Source of the DNA: Kiritimatiellia bacterium
GTDB lineage: Bacteria > Verrucomicrobiota > Kiritimatiellia > SS1-B-03-39 > UBA6053
DNA: 64,000 nucleotides
Direction: 5' to 3'
NCBI GenBank assembly: GCA_018401235.1
Contig: JAGYLC010000001.1
Coordinates: forward strand, 7,601 to 71,600
Both the position numbers and the translations under genes were made by a program. Below are positions 19,982 through 30,667 of this stretch, piece by piece. Within the stretch, counting starts at the first letter, position 1; each line of letters starts with the position of its first letter. Below the pieces are notes generated by a model. The model was not told the origin of the DNA. It ran no database searches and saw only the letters and a program-made list of their open reading frames with translations.

Positions 19982-21082
19982 TCAAAGTAACTCCCGCAAC
20001 ACATCCATTGCCCGTTGGTTTTCGGTTGCCGTGCCCACCGACACCCGCAGCCAGTCGGGCAGGCCGTATCCGTCCATGGGGCGGGCGATGACCCCGCGGG
20101 CCTGCATCTCCTGGAACCGACGTCGACCCTCACCGGTTTGTATCAATATAAAGTTTGCGCAGGAGGGAACCGTCTCCAGTCCCAGCTCGGTGCAGGAACG
20201 TTCAAAAAAGGCCAGACCTTCGCGGATGCAGGTCCGGGTTTGTTGTACATAGTCCTCATCCTCAATCGCGGCCATGGCGGCGGCCTGGGCCATGGCGTTT
20301 ACGTTGAAGGGTTGACGGAATTTACCCAGCAGATGAATCAGGTCCGGGTGGGCCACTCCGTATCCCAGACGCAGACCGGCCAGACCGTAGGTTTTGGAGA
20401 AGGTACGCAGCAGGATCAGCGGTTGGGATTCCTTCACCCAGTTCAGGGAGTCGGGCTGATCCTCGGGGGCGAGCAGTTCGACATAGGCCTCGTCCAAGAC
20501 CGGCAGCACATGGGAGGGCAGGGCGTCCAGAAAGGATTTCAGAGCGTCGTTGTTTACCCGGGTGCCGGTGGGATTGTTGGGATTGGCCACGAAGACCAGG
20601 CGGGTATTTTCATCGATCAAGTCCGCCATGGCCTCCAAATCGTGGGTAAAATCGCGCATCGGCGCCATGCGGGCCTCCGCGCCGAAGGTTTCGGCCACGA
20701 GTTTATAAATGATAAACGCGGATTGGCTCATCACCAGGTTAAGGCCGGGTTCGAGAAAGACGTGCCCCAGAAATTCGATCAATTCATTGCTGCCGTTGCC
20801 GAAAATCAGCATGTCGGGGGATGCCCCCAGCTTTTTGGCCAGGGCATTGCGCAGGTAGAACGCTCCACCGTCGGGATAGAGATGCATGCGGGTGGCGGCT
20901 TCCTTCATTGCTTCCACCGCTTTGGGGGAGGGGCCGAGATTATTTTCGTTCGAGGCCAATTTTACCAGATCGCCGGGGGCGATTCCATGTTCGCGGGCCA
21001 CCTCCTCCAGGGGGCGCCCGGGTTCATAGACCACTAAATCATCAATGCCTTTGCGGGGCTTCAGTTGAGCGAGTACCGACAT
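19982..21082 (-). CDS. hisC: Histidinol-phosphate aminotransferase
   Basis: KLASNEN, NPNNPTG, LDEAY, RTFSKTYGLAGLRLG. Confidence 0.92.
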   Translation of the reverse strand: MSVLAQLKPRKGIDDLVVYEPGRPLEEVAREHGIAPGDLVKLASNENNLGPSPKAVEAMKEAATRMHLYPDGGAFYLRNALAKKLGASPDMLIFGNGSNELIEFLGHVFLEPGLNLVMSQSAFIIYKLVAETFGAEARMAPMRDFTHDLEAMADLIDENTRLVFVANPNNPTGTRVNNDALKSFLDALPSHVLPVLDEAYVELLAPEDQPDSLNWVKESQPLILLRTFSKTYGLAGLRLGYGVAHPDLIHLLGKFRQPFNVNAMAQAAAMAAIEDEDYVQQTRTCIREGLAFFERSCTELGLETVPSCANFILIQTGEGRRRFQEMQARGVIARPMDGYGLPDWLRVSVGTATENQRAMDVLRELL

Positions 21083-21085
21083 ATC

Positions 21086-22156
21086 TTAACTCGTGAAGCC
21101 GATGGGATAGGAGCCGAGCACGGTGAATTCCAGGCAGTGGTCGGCGAGTTCATCAAGCACGGCTTTCACTTTCGGGTCATCCGCGTGACCTTCCAGATCG
21201 ACAAAAAAGGTGTATTCCCAGGCCCGCTGCTTGCTGGGACGGGATTCGATCTTGCTCAAATTCAGGCCTGCGCGATGCAGGGGCTCCAGGGTTTGAAACA
21301 GGGCCCCGGTTTTGTGGCGGACTCCGAAGAACACCGATGTTTTGTCATTGCCCGAGGGGGGACCGTATTCGCGTCCGAGCACCAGAAAGCGGGTGGTGTT
21401 TCCCGGGATGTCCTGAATATTTTCGGCCAGAATCTCCAGCCCGAATTCTTCCGCGGCCAGGCGGGAGGCGATGGCGGCCGCGTCCGGATCCTCTTTAACC
21501 CGTTCCGAGGCTCCGGCGGTGCTGCGGGTGGGCAGCAGCTCGGCGTCGGGGAAATGACGCTGCAACCAGTTCCGGCATTGGGACAGTGCCTGGGGGTTAC
21601 TGTAGATTTTGGCAGGGCTGGTTTGACCCGGCTGTACAATCAGGCAGTGATGAATAGGTAAATAGAGTTCCGCCGCAATTTTAAGCGGGGTGTGGGTCAG
21701 CCGATCCTGGGTGGGGGTGACCCCGCCCTCGATGCTGTTTTCCACCGGCACCACCCCGTACTGGGCGCGGCCCTTCTCCACCTCATCGAAGACCTGTTCA
21801 ATGGTTTCGCAGGGGAGGTAGCGAAGGCTCTGGCCGAATTTGGACAGGGCCGCCTGATGCGAATAGGTGGTGGCGGGCCCCAAGTAGGCGATGGAGGACT
21901 CCAGTTCCATGGAAATCGCCGCGGACATGATTTCGCGGTAGATGGCGCGGAGATGGGCATCCGACATCGGGCCTTCGTTCATGCCCATTACCTTTTCGAA
22001 CACCTGCATTTCGCGGGCCGGGACATAGACCGGGGCGTTCGATTCCTGTTTTAATCGGCCAATTTCCATGGCACAGCTAATCCGCTCGTTTAAATGGGAT
22101 ACAATTTCCGCATCCAGAGAATCGATGCACCGGCGATATTCCTCGAAAGTTGACAT
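21086..22156 (-). CDS. pheA: Chorismate mutase/prephenate dehydratase (P-protein)
   Basis: AroQ N-domain, VPVENSIEG, NTTRF, IESRP ACT domain. Confidence 0.93.
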   Translation of the reverse strand: MSTFEEYRRCIDSLDAEIVSHLNERISCAMEIGRLKQESNAPVYVPAREMQVFEKVMGMNEGPMSDAHLRAIYREIMSAAISMELESSIAYLGPATTYSHQAALSKFGQSLRYLPCETIEQVFDEVEKGRAQYGVVPVENSIEGGVTPTQDRLTHTPLKIAAELYLPIHHCLIVQPGQTSPAKIYSNPQALSQCRNWLQRHFPDAELLPTRSTAGASERVKEDPDAAAIASRLAAEEFGLEILAENIQDIPGNTTRFLVLGREYGPPSGNDKTSVFFGVRHKTGALFQTLEPLHRAGLNLSKIESRPSKQRAWEYTFFVDLEGHADDPKVKAVLDELADHCLEFTVLGSYPIGFTS

Positions 22157-22258
22157 GCCCCCTCCCTAAACTGGAAGCAAGCCGCTGGCAAGCTGGAAAC
22201 GAACTTGGACAGGCATAATCCTCACGGAATTTCCCGGCCTTATGCGCAGAAAAACGAT

Positions 22259-23356
22259 TTAGACTCCCATCGATTTCATGAAGTCGTGGAAGAGGTACAT
22301 GGAGTCGTGGGGACCGGGGGCGGCTTCGGGGTGGTATTGCACGGTGAAAAGGGGAAGTTTTTTGTGGCGCAGCCCTTCGGAGGTCTGATCGTTCAGGTTG
22401 ATGTGGGAGGTTTCCACTTCTGCCGGGTCCAGACTGTCCTTATCCACGCAGAACCCGTGGTTTTGCGAGGTGATTTCCACCGCGCGGGTGGCGAGGTTCA
22501 TCACCGGCTGATTTCCCCCGCGGTGTCCGAATTTCAGTTTGAAAGTTTTGGCTCCCAGGGCGAGGGCGGTGAGCTGATGTCCGAAGCAGATGCCGAAGGT
22601 GGGGATGCCGGTATGGATGAGTTCGCGAATGGTGTCCACGGTTTGGCTGACACCCTCGGGGTCTCCGGGTCCATTGGAGAGGAAGAGGCCGTCGGGATTG
22701 ACCGCAAGGATATCGGATGCGGGGGTGTTGTTGGGAAACACATGCACTTCACAACCCAGATTCTGCAGGATGCGCAGTTGATTGTATTTGGTGCCACAAT
22801 CGATGGTGGCGACCCGCTTGAGCGTTTTTTTCTGATTTTCCGGTTCCCAGATCAGGGGTTCTTTCACACTGACTTCGCTGGCGAGGTCACGGCCCACCAG
22901 TCCTTTGCTGGCTTGGGCCTTGGCGACCAGGCTTTGGGAATCCAGGTCTTCGGAGGACATCACGCATTTCATCGCCCCTTTATCGCGGATATGCAGAGTG
23001 ATCGCGCGGGTGTCCACGCCGTCGATTCCCAGAATGTTGTTTTCCTGCAAATAGTCCGGCAGCGAAATCGTGGAGCGGAAATTACTGGGGATCCGGCTAC
23101 ATTCGCCAATCACCAGACCGGCGGCGTGAGGGCGGTAGGATTCCATATCGACAGGATTGATCCCGTAATTGCCGACGAGGGGATAACACAGGGTGACAAT
23201 TTGTCCCCGATAGGAGGGGTCGGTGAGAATTTCCTGGTAGCCGGTCATGGAGGTGTTAAAGACCAATTCGCCTTCTACTTCGCCTTGTCCGGCAAAGGCC
23301 CGGCCTTCAAATAGGGTGCCATCTTCCAGTGCAATCAGTGCTTTTGTTCGTTTCAT
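22259..23356 (-). CDS. carA: Carbamoyl-phosphate synthase small subunit
   Basis: FNTSMTGYQE, SNGPGDP, GICFGHQ, QYHPEAAPGP. Confidence 0.95.
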   Translation of the reverse strand: MKRTKALIALEDGTLFEGRAFAGQGEVEGELVFNTSMTGYQEILTDPSYRGQIVTLCYPLVGNYGINPVDMESYRPHAAGLVIGECSRIPSNFRSTISLPDYLQENNILGIDGVDTRAITLHIRDKGAMKCVMSSEDLDSQSLVAKAQASKGLVGRDLASEVSVKEPLIWEPENQKKTLKRVATIDCGTKYNQLRILQNLGCEVHVFPNNTPASDILAVNPDGLFLSNGPGDPEGVSQTVDTIRELIHTGIPTFGICFGHQLTALALGAKTFKLKFGHRGGNQPVMNLATRAVEITSQNHGFCVDKDSLDPAEVETSHINLNDQTSEGLRHKKLPLFTVQYHPEAAPGPHDSMYLFHDFMKSMGV

Positions 23357-23435
23357 AAAGAGATCCTTTCAGGTTGCATGATTCCATATCCATTTGGGCG
23401 TGGGATGCAACAGGACATTGCCTCTTTTTCAGGAG

Positions 23436-24347
23436 CTACCAGTTTTCCGCAATGGCGTTATGGGCGTTGCCGGAGGTCCAATAGGCATTGTGGGCGCGGG
23501 TAATCCAACTGGAAACATTCACATACACATCTTTCACCATGCCGTTGTCGGTATCCATAAGGGCTTCAACGGGCCAGGAGAGCGCGTCGTCGAGGTCCCA
23601 CAGATTCAGCCAGCGGGGACCGGGCAAATCGGCGTCGGGTAAAAATCCATAATGCTCTGGATTCAGTTTTTCCCCCGCGGCGATGGCCTCCACCACCCGA
23701 TTGTGCCGCAGGGCCATAGCGGTGAGGGGATTGCCCATGGTGAAGAGGCGACGCAGCTTCAACTGACCCGATTGAGCCAATTCGCGCAGTTTTAACGATT
23801 GCGCTTTGGCATCGTGATCCACAAAGCAATGATTGCTGTAGGGTGGAAAAGTGGGATGGAAGAGGTGAAATAATAAGTCGAACCCGATCACGGCACCCGC
23901 ACTGTGTCCGATAAAGGTGATCTGTTTGGGACTGGACTCGGAGATGCCTTCCTTTTCCAGAAAGGCCAGCAGTTGTCGGCAAATCGCCGCCCGGATGGAT
24001 TCTTTCCCGGAATTGGACACATAATAAAACATATCGCTGAACCCGTAAAAATTAATCTCCCTGAGTTGATTCAGTGCCAGACGGGCGGGATTAAGGGAGA
24101 AATCCTTGGCAGCCTCCACCGCCGGCAAAACGCGTTGCCCAAGTTGGTGCTGGGCCTGGGCGAGTAGTTCCTGGTCGGCGGGGGTGTCCGCTCCCGGATT
24201 CCATCCCCATTCCGCCCCATCGAACTGATCCGGCCAGTCCGGATGCACGGTCTTTACCGCCTGATGGAACTGACGGTACATGGAATGATGGGGGCCCGGA
24301 TTCTGCTGGGGGGTGACCCCATGAATGTAGTAAACGAGGTTTTCCAT
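23436..24347 (-). CDS. Hypothetical alpha/beta-hydrolase-fold protein
   Basis: IHG near N-terminus, GHSAG nucleophile elbow, C-terminal D and HNAYW. Confidence 0.6.
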   Translation of the reverse strand: MENLVYYIHGVTPQQNPGPHHSMYRQFHQAVKTVHPDWPDQFDGAEWGWNPGADTPADQELLAQAQHQLGQRVLPAVEAAKDFSLNPARLALNQLREINFYGFSDMFYYVSNSGKESIRAAICRQLLAFLEKEGISESSPKQITFIGHSAGAVIGFDLLFHLFHPTFPPYSNHCFVDHDAKAQSLKLRELAQSGQLKLRRLFTMGNPLTAMALRHNRVVEAIAAGEKLNPEHYGFLPDADLPGPRWLNLWDLDDALSWPVEALMDTDNGMVKDVYVNVSSWITRAHNAYWTSGNAHNAIAENW

Positions 24348-24352
24348 AGGGT

Positions 24353-25891
24353 TCAGCCCGCGTATTGCTTAGGATTGATGTTGTACTTGTGAACTTTGTA
24401 TCCGAAGATGCGCTGGGTGGTTTCCAGGTTGCGGGCCGCGGCGGCCATGTTGCCGCGATTGGATTTCAGGGCATCCGCGATGAGGTCCTTTTCGTAGACT
24501 TCCACCTGATCCTTCAACGAACCCGACTTCGGGGAGCCTACGTGGTCAGCGGTCTGCAGGGTGGGGGGGAGATGATGGGGATGCAGGGCATCGCCCTCCG
24601 CCAGCACCACGCCCCGCTCCATGATATTCTCCAGTTCGCGTACGTTGCCGGGCCAGTGATACGAATAGAGCATATCGATCACCGGACTGGAGAGACGCCG
24701 CACGTTTTTATTATTCTGCTTGCTGTAGCGCTCCAAAAAGAAATCCGCGAGTTGCAGAATATCGCTCTTGCGCTTGCGCAGGGGGGGCACCCAAATCGGG
24801 AACACATTCAGACGATAGAATAAATCCTCGCGGAAGGTCCCCTCCGTCACCATATCCTGCAGGTTGCGGTTGGTCGCCGCCACCACTCTCACATTGACCT
24901 TGATGGTTTTGGTGCCGCCTACCGGCTCGAATTCACGTTCCTGCAACACCCGCAACAATTTGATCTGAATACTGGGAGGAATCTCGCCAATTTCGTCCAG
25001 AAACAGCGTGCCGCCATCCGCCAGTTGAAAGCGGCCTTTCCGATCCCCGTGGGCACCGGTGAAAGAGCCTTTGACGTGTCCGAATAATTCACTTTCAATG
25101 AGATTTTCGGGCAATGCCGCGCAGTGGGCTTTGATAAAAGGTTTATCGGCGCGGTCACTGTTGAAGTGAATGGCGTGGGCGACCAGTTCTTTACCGGTTC
25201 CGGTCTCCCCTTCGATCAATACACCGGTCTGACTCTTGGAAACCTGCGCTACCTGGTCGTAGACAATCTGCATTTCGTGGGAGTTGCCGATGATATTGGA
25301 GGGGCGGAAGCGGTCTTTGAGTTCTGCTCGCAGACGTTCATTTTCGGACTGCAGTTTTTCGCCCCGTTCCTGGGCGCTGCGTCGAAGTCGCACCGACTGT
25401 GCCAGCAGGGAGGCGACCAGTTCCATCAGGAAGACGCAGGACTGCAAATCCGCGGCTTGGTCATAGGGCCGGTCCGCACTCAAAGCGCCCACCACGGTTC
25501 TACCGGTTTTGATGGGTACGCAGATGAAACTGGAGTCGGAAGGGCTCATGCGCTGGGTGCGGTTAAGGAAGAGGGGCGATTCGCTGGTTTTTTCGATTAG
25601 AATCGCTTCCCCCGATTCGATGACCTGACCGGTAACGCCTTCCCCCAGCTTGTAGCGACCCCGTTGGGCCTGTTGGGGGGTGAGACCGTGCGAGGCGTCG
25701 ATCAGGATGTCGTTGGTCTTTCGGTTCAACAGGGTGATGGTGGCGTGTTTCATGCCCAGATGCGTGGTCATGGCATCCATGATCGGGTTCACGATTTCAC
25801 GTACGTCCAGGCTTCGTTCCAGAATACCCGCAATGTTGCGGATGAATTCCAGATCCTGGTAGGTTTTGGTTTTTCCAATGGGGGTCGTCAT
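24353..25891 (-). CDS. NifA-like GAF-AAA+-Fis sigma54 activator
   Basis: GAF domain, GETGTGKE, GSFTGA, LFLDEIG, WPGNVREL, C-terminal HTH. Confidence 0.9.
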   Translation of the reverse strand: MTTPIGKTKTYQDLEFIRNIAGILERSLDVREIVNPIMDAMTTHLGMKHATITLLNRKTNDILIDASHGLTPQQAQRGRYKLGEGVTGQVIESGEAILIEKTSESPLFLNRTQRMSPSDSSFICVPIKTGRTVVGALSADRPYDQAADLQSCVFLMELVASLLAQSVRLRRSAQERGEKLQSENERLRAELKDRFRPSNIIGNSHEMQIVYDQVAQVSKSQTGVLIEGETGTGKELVAHAIHFNSDRADKPFIKAHCAALPENLIESELFGHVKGSFTGAHGDRKGRFQLADGGTLFLDEIGEIPPSIQIKLLRVLQEREFEPVGGTKTIKVNVRVVAATNRNLQDMVTEGTFREDLFYRLNVFPIWVPPLRKRKSDILQLADFFLERYSKQNNKNVRRLSSPVIDMLYSYHWPGNVRELENIMERGVVLAEGDALHPHHLPPTLQTADHVGSPKSGSLKDQVEVYEKDLIADALKSNRGNMAAAARNLETTQRIFGYKVHKYNINPKQYAG

Positions 25892-27615
25892 TTCGTGGGG
25901 GCGGGGTGGGGATTGGGTTTAAAGTGATTGGTAATGGGCATGCGGCGGTCGCGACCGAACGCTTTGGGTGTAATTTTAACCCCCGGGGGGGCTTGACGGC
26001 GTTTGTACTCGTTACCGTCGACCAGGCGGATGACCCGGGTGACGATGTCCGCGTCGAATCCCTCGGCGACAATCTCGTCGCGGCCTTGATCCTGTTCAAT
26101 GTAACGGGTGAGAATGGCATCGAGAATTTCGTAGGGGGGCAGACTGTCGCAGTCCTGTTGGTCCGCCCGCAGTTCCGCGCTGGGGGGGCGATCGATCAAG
26201 CTTTGAGGAATACGGTCATAGCCCTGCTGCTCATTGGACCATCGGCAGAGATCGAACACGACCGTTTTAGGAACGTCCTTGATTAATGCGTATCCTCCGC
26301 ACATGTCGCCATAGAGGGTGGCATAGCCGGTGGCCATTTCGCTTTTGTTGCCGGTGGCAACCACCAGTCGACCGAATTTATTGGACAGCGCCATCACCAG
26401 CGTACCCCGAATGCGTGCCTGCAGATTCTCTTCGGTCACATCCTCTTCGCGACCCGGCCACTGCGGCTTCAACAGATTCAGAAACGAATCCACCAGACCC
26501 TGAATGGGTACCATGGGCATGTCGATTTTTAAATTTTCGGCCAGTAGGGTCGCGTCGTTGCGGGTGCCCTCGGAACTGAAGCAGGTGGGCAGGCTGATAC
26601 CGGTAACCCGATCGGCCCCCAGGGCATCCACCGCCACTGCGGCCACCAGGGCGGAATCAATGCCGCCGCTGATGGCAATTAAAACGTCCTTGAACCCGCT
26701 TTTGTTGGTGTAATCCCGCAATCCCAGACAGAGAGCCTCATAGATTTCCTCCAATTCGGACATGGCGGGAGCGAGCGTTGGCGGGGGAAGGGGGGGCCGC
26801 TGTGGAGCTATCTGATCAATGACTACCCAATCCACCTGATCGGGAAGGGGCTGGGGGTCGGGCCCGGAGGCGGTGGCCAAGGGGAGATCCACCAGCAGCA
26901 TGTTCTCTTGGAAGCGGTCCGCCCGGCAGAGCAATTCTCCGTTGGGCTGGATCACCAGACTTCCCCCGTCAAACACCAGTTCGTCCTGTCCCCCCACCAG
27001 ATTGCAGTAGGCGAGGGGAGCCTTCACCTCGGCACTGGTTTTATGCAGGGTCTGCTCCCGTTCCGGAAGTTTTCCCCGGTGAAACGGGGAGGCGGACAGG
27101 TTAATCAAGCCGGAAAGATTCAATTTGGCAAACATGCGCAATTCCGGCGAGGCGTGGATCCAGGAATCTTCGCAAATATGAAGTCCGATACGGGCCTCCC
27201 CTATTTGCAGACACATGGGGCGGTCCCCCGCTTCAAAAATCCGCCGCTCGTCAAACACCCCGTAATTGGGCAATTGCTGCTTGGCATAGGCTGCCAGGAT
27301 TTTTCCCCGGTGAAGGATCACCGCGGCGTTCCGGGGACGCAACAGTCCTTGAATGGGACATCCCACCACACAAATCAATTCGGGGGGAAGCTCCGCACAG
27401 AGCCGTTGGAGTTCCGCCTCTGCCGCACGGATAAAGTGCGGTTTCAGAATCAAATCCTCCGGAGGATACCCCGACAGGGTCATCTCCGGAAACAGGGCCA
27501 ATTGGGCACCTTTCTGCTGCGCTAATCCGGCGAGAGTCACGATGTGTTCACGGTTGGAGCCCAGTGCACCCACCGTGGTGTTTAGTTGAAGTAGGGCTAT
27601 GCGTAATGTATCCAC
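25888..27615 (-). CDS. nadE: Glutamine-dependent NAD+ synthetase
   Basis: Nitrilase domain (PE..GYPPED, ICED), SGGIDS, ENLQARIRG, PPSAEL. Confidence 0.95.
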   Translation of the reverse strand: MDTLRIALLQLNTTVGALGSNREHIVTLAGLAQQKGAQLALFPEMTLSGYPPEDLILKPHFIRAAEAELQRLCAELPPELICVVGCPIQGLLRPRNAAVILHRGKILAAYAKQQLPNYGVFDERRIFEAGDRPMCLQIGEARIGLHICEDSWIHASPELRMFAKLNLSGLINLSASPFHRGKLPEREQTLHKTSAEVKAPLAYCNLVGGQDELVFDGGSLVIQPNGELLCRADRFQENMLLVDLPLATASGPDPQPLPDQVDWVVIDQIAPQRPPLPPPTLAPAMSELEEIYEALCLGLRDYTNKSGFKDVLIAISGGIDSALVAAVAVDALGADRVTGISLPTCFSSEGTRNDATLLAENLKIDMPMVPIQGLVDSFLNLLKPQWPGREEDVTEENLQARIRGTLVMALSNKFGRLVVATGNKSEMATGYATLYGDMCGGYALIKDVPKTVVFDLCRWSNEQQGYDRIPQSLIDRPPSAELRADQQDCDSLPPYEILDAILTRYIEQDQGRDEIVAEGFDADIVTRVIRLVDGNEYKRRQAPPGVKITPKAFGRDRRMPITNHFKPNPHPAPTK

Positions 27616-27710
27616 GACCGCCTTTTAGGATGCAGCTTCGAGACCGTCACGACAAAAATGTAAATAACTTTAGGTAATGCAACAGAAATGGTGTCACCAC
27701 CTCATAACTT

Positions 27711-27770
27711 CCAGACCTCCGTTTGAGGTGGGATTTTACAAAATTCCATCGCAAATCCAAATGGGTGTTC
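27711..27770 (+). repeat. Dispersed 60-bp bipartite element, copy A
   Basis: CCAGACCTCCGTTTGA-N20-CATCGCAAATCCAAATGGGTGTTC; matches 47318 and 55463. Confidence 0.75.
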
Positions 27771-27854
27771 AAAGAGTGAATTTCTCCGCACTCCGAGCAA
27801 GTCAGAGTTTGGAAATCGAAATAAATCTCACATGTGTATCTGCAAACTCTATCG

Positions 27855-28514
27855 TCAGCTGTGCTCGCGAATGAGGGAGTGGAATGCGGAGCGGGTGACG
27901 CATTCTGCGCCCATGGCGTGCATGTGGGGGCTGAGCTGTTGAATGTCCAGGAAGGTGTCGCCCCGCTTTCGGAGGTGATCCACTAGGTACTGAATCGCGG
28001 CTTTGCCAGCGTTGGGTGCGTGGTGAAACATGCTTTCGCCGGAGAAAAAGGCGCCGCTGTCGATGCCGTAGAGTCCGCCCACCAGATCGTCGCCGTTCCA
28101 GACCTCCACGCTGTGGGCGAAGCCCTGTTGGTGGGCCGTGCTGTAGGCCTCCCGCATCAGGGGATGTATCCAGCTTTCGGGTTCGTGGGCATGGTGACAG
28201 GCGAGAATCACTTTGTTGAACGCTTGGTCGAAGGTGACCCGGTAGCCGGATTTACGAAGTTGGCGTCGGGTGCTTTGCCCCAAGTGGAAGCGATTGAGGC
28301 GCAGGATACCGCGTTGACGGGGGGTGACCCAGGGAAAAAAATGGGGGTCATCCCCTGGCCAAGGGAAAATGCCCAGAGGGTAGGAGGCCGCCAGCGCTTC
28401 GACCGGGATGGTGTTGGAGATCCAGACCAACTCCTGTCTACTGCCGAGATGCCGCACGCGAATTTCGAAGAATTGTTGAAAGTCTTCGATGGAGGGTGGG
28501 CGCGGTGTGCTCAT
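27855..28514 (-). CDS. aat: Leucyl/phenylalanyl-tRNA-protein transferase
   Basis: GIFPW, HSVEVW, LVGGLYG, FSGESMF. Confidence 0.9.
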   Translation of the reverse strand: MSTPRPPSIEDFQQFFEIRVRHLGSRQELVWISNTIPVEALAASYPLGIFPWPGDDPHFFPWVTPRQRGILRLNRFHLGQSTRRQLRKSGYRVTFDQAFNKVILACHHAHEPESWIHPLMREAYSTAHQQGFAHSVEVWNGDDLVGGLYGIDSGAFFSGESMFHHAPNAGKAAIQYLVDHLRKRGDTFLDIQQLSPHMHAMGAECVTRSAFHSLIREHS

Positions 28515-28517
28515 AGG

Positions 28518-29534
28518 CTACAGTAAATTGGGTTGGGCTTGCGGGGGCGGTTTGAGTCCGAAGCGTTCGTAGGTTTGCGGGGTGGCGACGCGCCCTTGGG
28601 GGGTGCGCTTGAGGTAGCCCTCCTGAATCAGGTAGGGTTCGTACACCTCCTCCAGGGTGCCCGCTTCCTCCCCCACCGACACGGCGAGATTGCTGATCCC
28701 CACGGGGCCGCCCTGGAAGCGCTCCAGCAGAGTCTGCAGATAGCGTTTGTCCATTTCGTCGAGACCGTATTGATCAATTTCCAGCATGTGCAGGGCCTGA
28801 TCGGCCACAGGCTGGGTGATGCGGTTGTCGGCGCGCACTTGCGCGTAATCACGCACCCATCGGAGGAGATTGTTGGCAATGCGGGGGGTGCCGCGACTGC
28901 GGGAGGCGATTTCCATGGCACCTCCGTCTTCGATATCCACATTGAGAATGCGGGCGGAGCGGTGAACAATGGAGTTCAGATCTTCGTGGGAATAATAATC
29001 CAGTCGATTGTTCATGCCGAATCGGGAGCGGAAGGGTGCCGAAAGCAGGCCGGTGCGGGTGGTGGCTCCCACCAAGGTGAAGCGGGGCAGGTTGAGGCGG
29101 ACAGAGCGGGCGTTGGGACCCTGATCGATCAGAATATCGATAACAAAATCCTCCATGGCGGAGTAGAGATATTCCTCCACCGCCCGGGGGATGCGGTGAA
29201 TTTCGTCGATGAAGAGGATGTCGCCTTTTTCGAGACCGGTGAGCAGTCCGGCCAAATCGCCTGCCTTGTCCACCGCCGGACCGGAGGTCGTGCGCACATT
29301 CACCTCCATTTGTTCGCCGAGAATATAGGCCAGCGTGGTTTTACCCAGCCCGGGGGGGCCGGAGAGCAGCACGTGGTCGAGCACCTCCCCGCGTCCTTTA
29401 GCGGCGGTGACCATGAGTTCGAGTCGTTCGGTGACTTTGCGTTGCCCCACATAATCGGAGAAACGGGTGGGCCGCAGACTCATTTCGAAGTCTTGATCTA
29501 CGCGGGTAAATTCTGGGTCGGTTCCCTGGCTCAT
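28518..29534 (-). CDS. ruvB: Holliday junction branch migration helicase
   Basis: [30 protein letters not shown]. Confidence 0.97.
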   Translation of the reverse strand: MSQGTDPEFTRVDQDFEMSLRPTRFSDYVGQRKVTERLELMVTAAKGRGEVLDHVLLSGPPGLGKTTLAYILGEQMEVNVRTTSGPAVDKAGDLAGLLTGLEKGDILFIDEIHRIPRAVEEYLYSAMEDFVIDILIDQGPNARSVRLNLPRFTLVGATTRTGLLSAPFRSRFGMNNRLDYYSHEDLNSIVHRSARILNVDIEDGGAMEIASRSRGTPRIANNLLRWVRDYAQVRADNRITQPVADQALHMLEIDQYGLDEMDKRYLQTLLERFQGGPVGISNLAVSVGEEAGTLEEVYEPYLIQEGYLKRTPQGRVATPQTYERFGLKPPPQAQPNLL

Positions 29535-29543
29535 ATCGGATTC

Positions 29544-30092
29544 CTAATAAATATCTCCACCGCTGCGGGCGTATTCCTGAAGCACCGCAACCGCTTCCGT
29601 TTGCAGAATGGGTCCGTGGACCCGGATGTTACGTTGTTCCAGTCGCTCCCGCCAGTCGTCCGGGCAGGGGCCCTCATCGAAGCCGATGGCCTCCACGTCC
29701 CCGCGGTCCGCTCCGAATTCCAATGCGGCTACTCCCGACCAGGGAATGGCCCCGAAGCACTGCGAGCAGGGTTGCGCGCTGGTTGTCAGGACAAAGCGTC
29801 CTTTTTGAGACAGATCCACCACCCCCGCCTGTTGCTGCGCCAGCATCAGGGCCATCATCTCCGCATGGGCCACGCTGCAGCCGGAAGAGAGCACCCGATT
29901 GACTCCGGCGGACAGGCAGGCCCCGGTATCCAGATTAAACACCCCGGCGGCGAAGGGGCCTTCGCGACGATCCACATTGTCGGATGCCCAGCCGATGACC
30001 GCCCGCATGCGGGATTCGGGGTTTGGGGCAATCAGGTGCTCCGCCTGCTCGCGCAGGGAATCGGGAATGGTCAGAACCACTTTTGCCTTCAC
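29544..30092 (-). CDS. Nucleoside/nucleotide deaminase (CDA fold)
   Basis: GPFAA, HAE, PCSQC, GFDEG. Confidence 0.8.
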   Translation of the reverse strand: MKAKVVLTIPDSLREQAEHLIAPNPESRMRAVIGWASDNVDRREGPFAAGVFNLDTGACLSAGVNRVLSSGCSVAHAEMMALMLAQQQAGVVDLSQKGRFVLTTSAQPCSQCFGAIPWSGVAALEFGADRGDVEAIGFDEGPCPDDWRERLEQRNIRVHGPILQTEAVAVLQEYARSGGDIY

Positions 30093-30613
30093 CGGAAGTG
30101 CACCTCGTCGGATGTGCTGGGATAGAGACCTGTCCCTTCCAGGGAACTCAGGTCCAGTTCCGCGATGGATTGAGTGGGTTTGGTGTCGGTGACCTTAACG
30201 ATGGCGATGCGGTGGCCTTCCCGGAGAATGCTTCCGTAATCGCCAACGTCAATCCCCTGTTCGGATCCTCTATTGATAATGACGTAATGCCAGTGTGGAT
30301 TCACATACATCAGGGAAACTCGATCCGGTTGCCCGGCTTCCGGTTCCGGTGCCGGGTCTGCCGGGTCGTTATCCTCCGCAGAGGACCGGGCTTCGATCCG
30401 CTCCTGTTGCATCGCCTGGATTTGCCGGCCCAGATTGAGCACATCATCCACCAATTGCTCGTTGCGGGTTCTCAGGCGCCGGTTTTCCTCGCGCAAATTT
30501 CCCACCACCATCTTTAATTCTTGTATTTCCGCCTTCATGATTTCTGGAGACGGGGTGCGCGCCATCAGCGGTCCTCCGATGAACAATAAACTGAAAAGTG
30601 CTATCCGATACAT
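30089..30613 (-). CDS. Hypothetical exported coiled-coil protein with a C-terminal beta domain
   Basis: Signal peptide, heptad coiled coil, VIINRGSEQGIDVGD motif. Confidence 0.6.
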   Translation of the reverse strand: MYRIALFSLLFIGGPLMARTPSPEIMKAEIQELKMVVGNLREENRRLRTRNEQLVDDVLNLGRQIQAMQQERIEARSSAEDNDPADPAPEPEAGQPDRVSLMYVNPHWHYVIINRGSEQGIDVGDYGSILREGHRIAIVKVTDTKPTQSIAELDLSSLEGTGLYPSTSDEVHFR

Positions 30614-30667
30614 GCCCGATTTCTAATCCCAACCTATCCGTCTGTCGAGTGCATTCAGCCGATGATT

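Noticed and set aside
24353-25891. True nifA / nitrogen fixation locus
   Set aside because: No nif structural genes in the window; the architecture is shared by other GAF activators
27711-27770. Mini-CRISPR reading of the bipartite element
   Set aside because: The two boxes flanking the 20-nt spacer are different sequences, not direct repeats
28533-30125. Long antisense ORFs (also 2603-3526, 4052-5050, 12142-13125, 20015-21037, 22205-23314, 43764-44804, 60060-61340)
   Set aside because: They shadow well-supported genes on the opposite strand, as expected from GC-rich codon bias, and show no motifs
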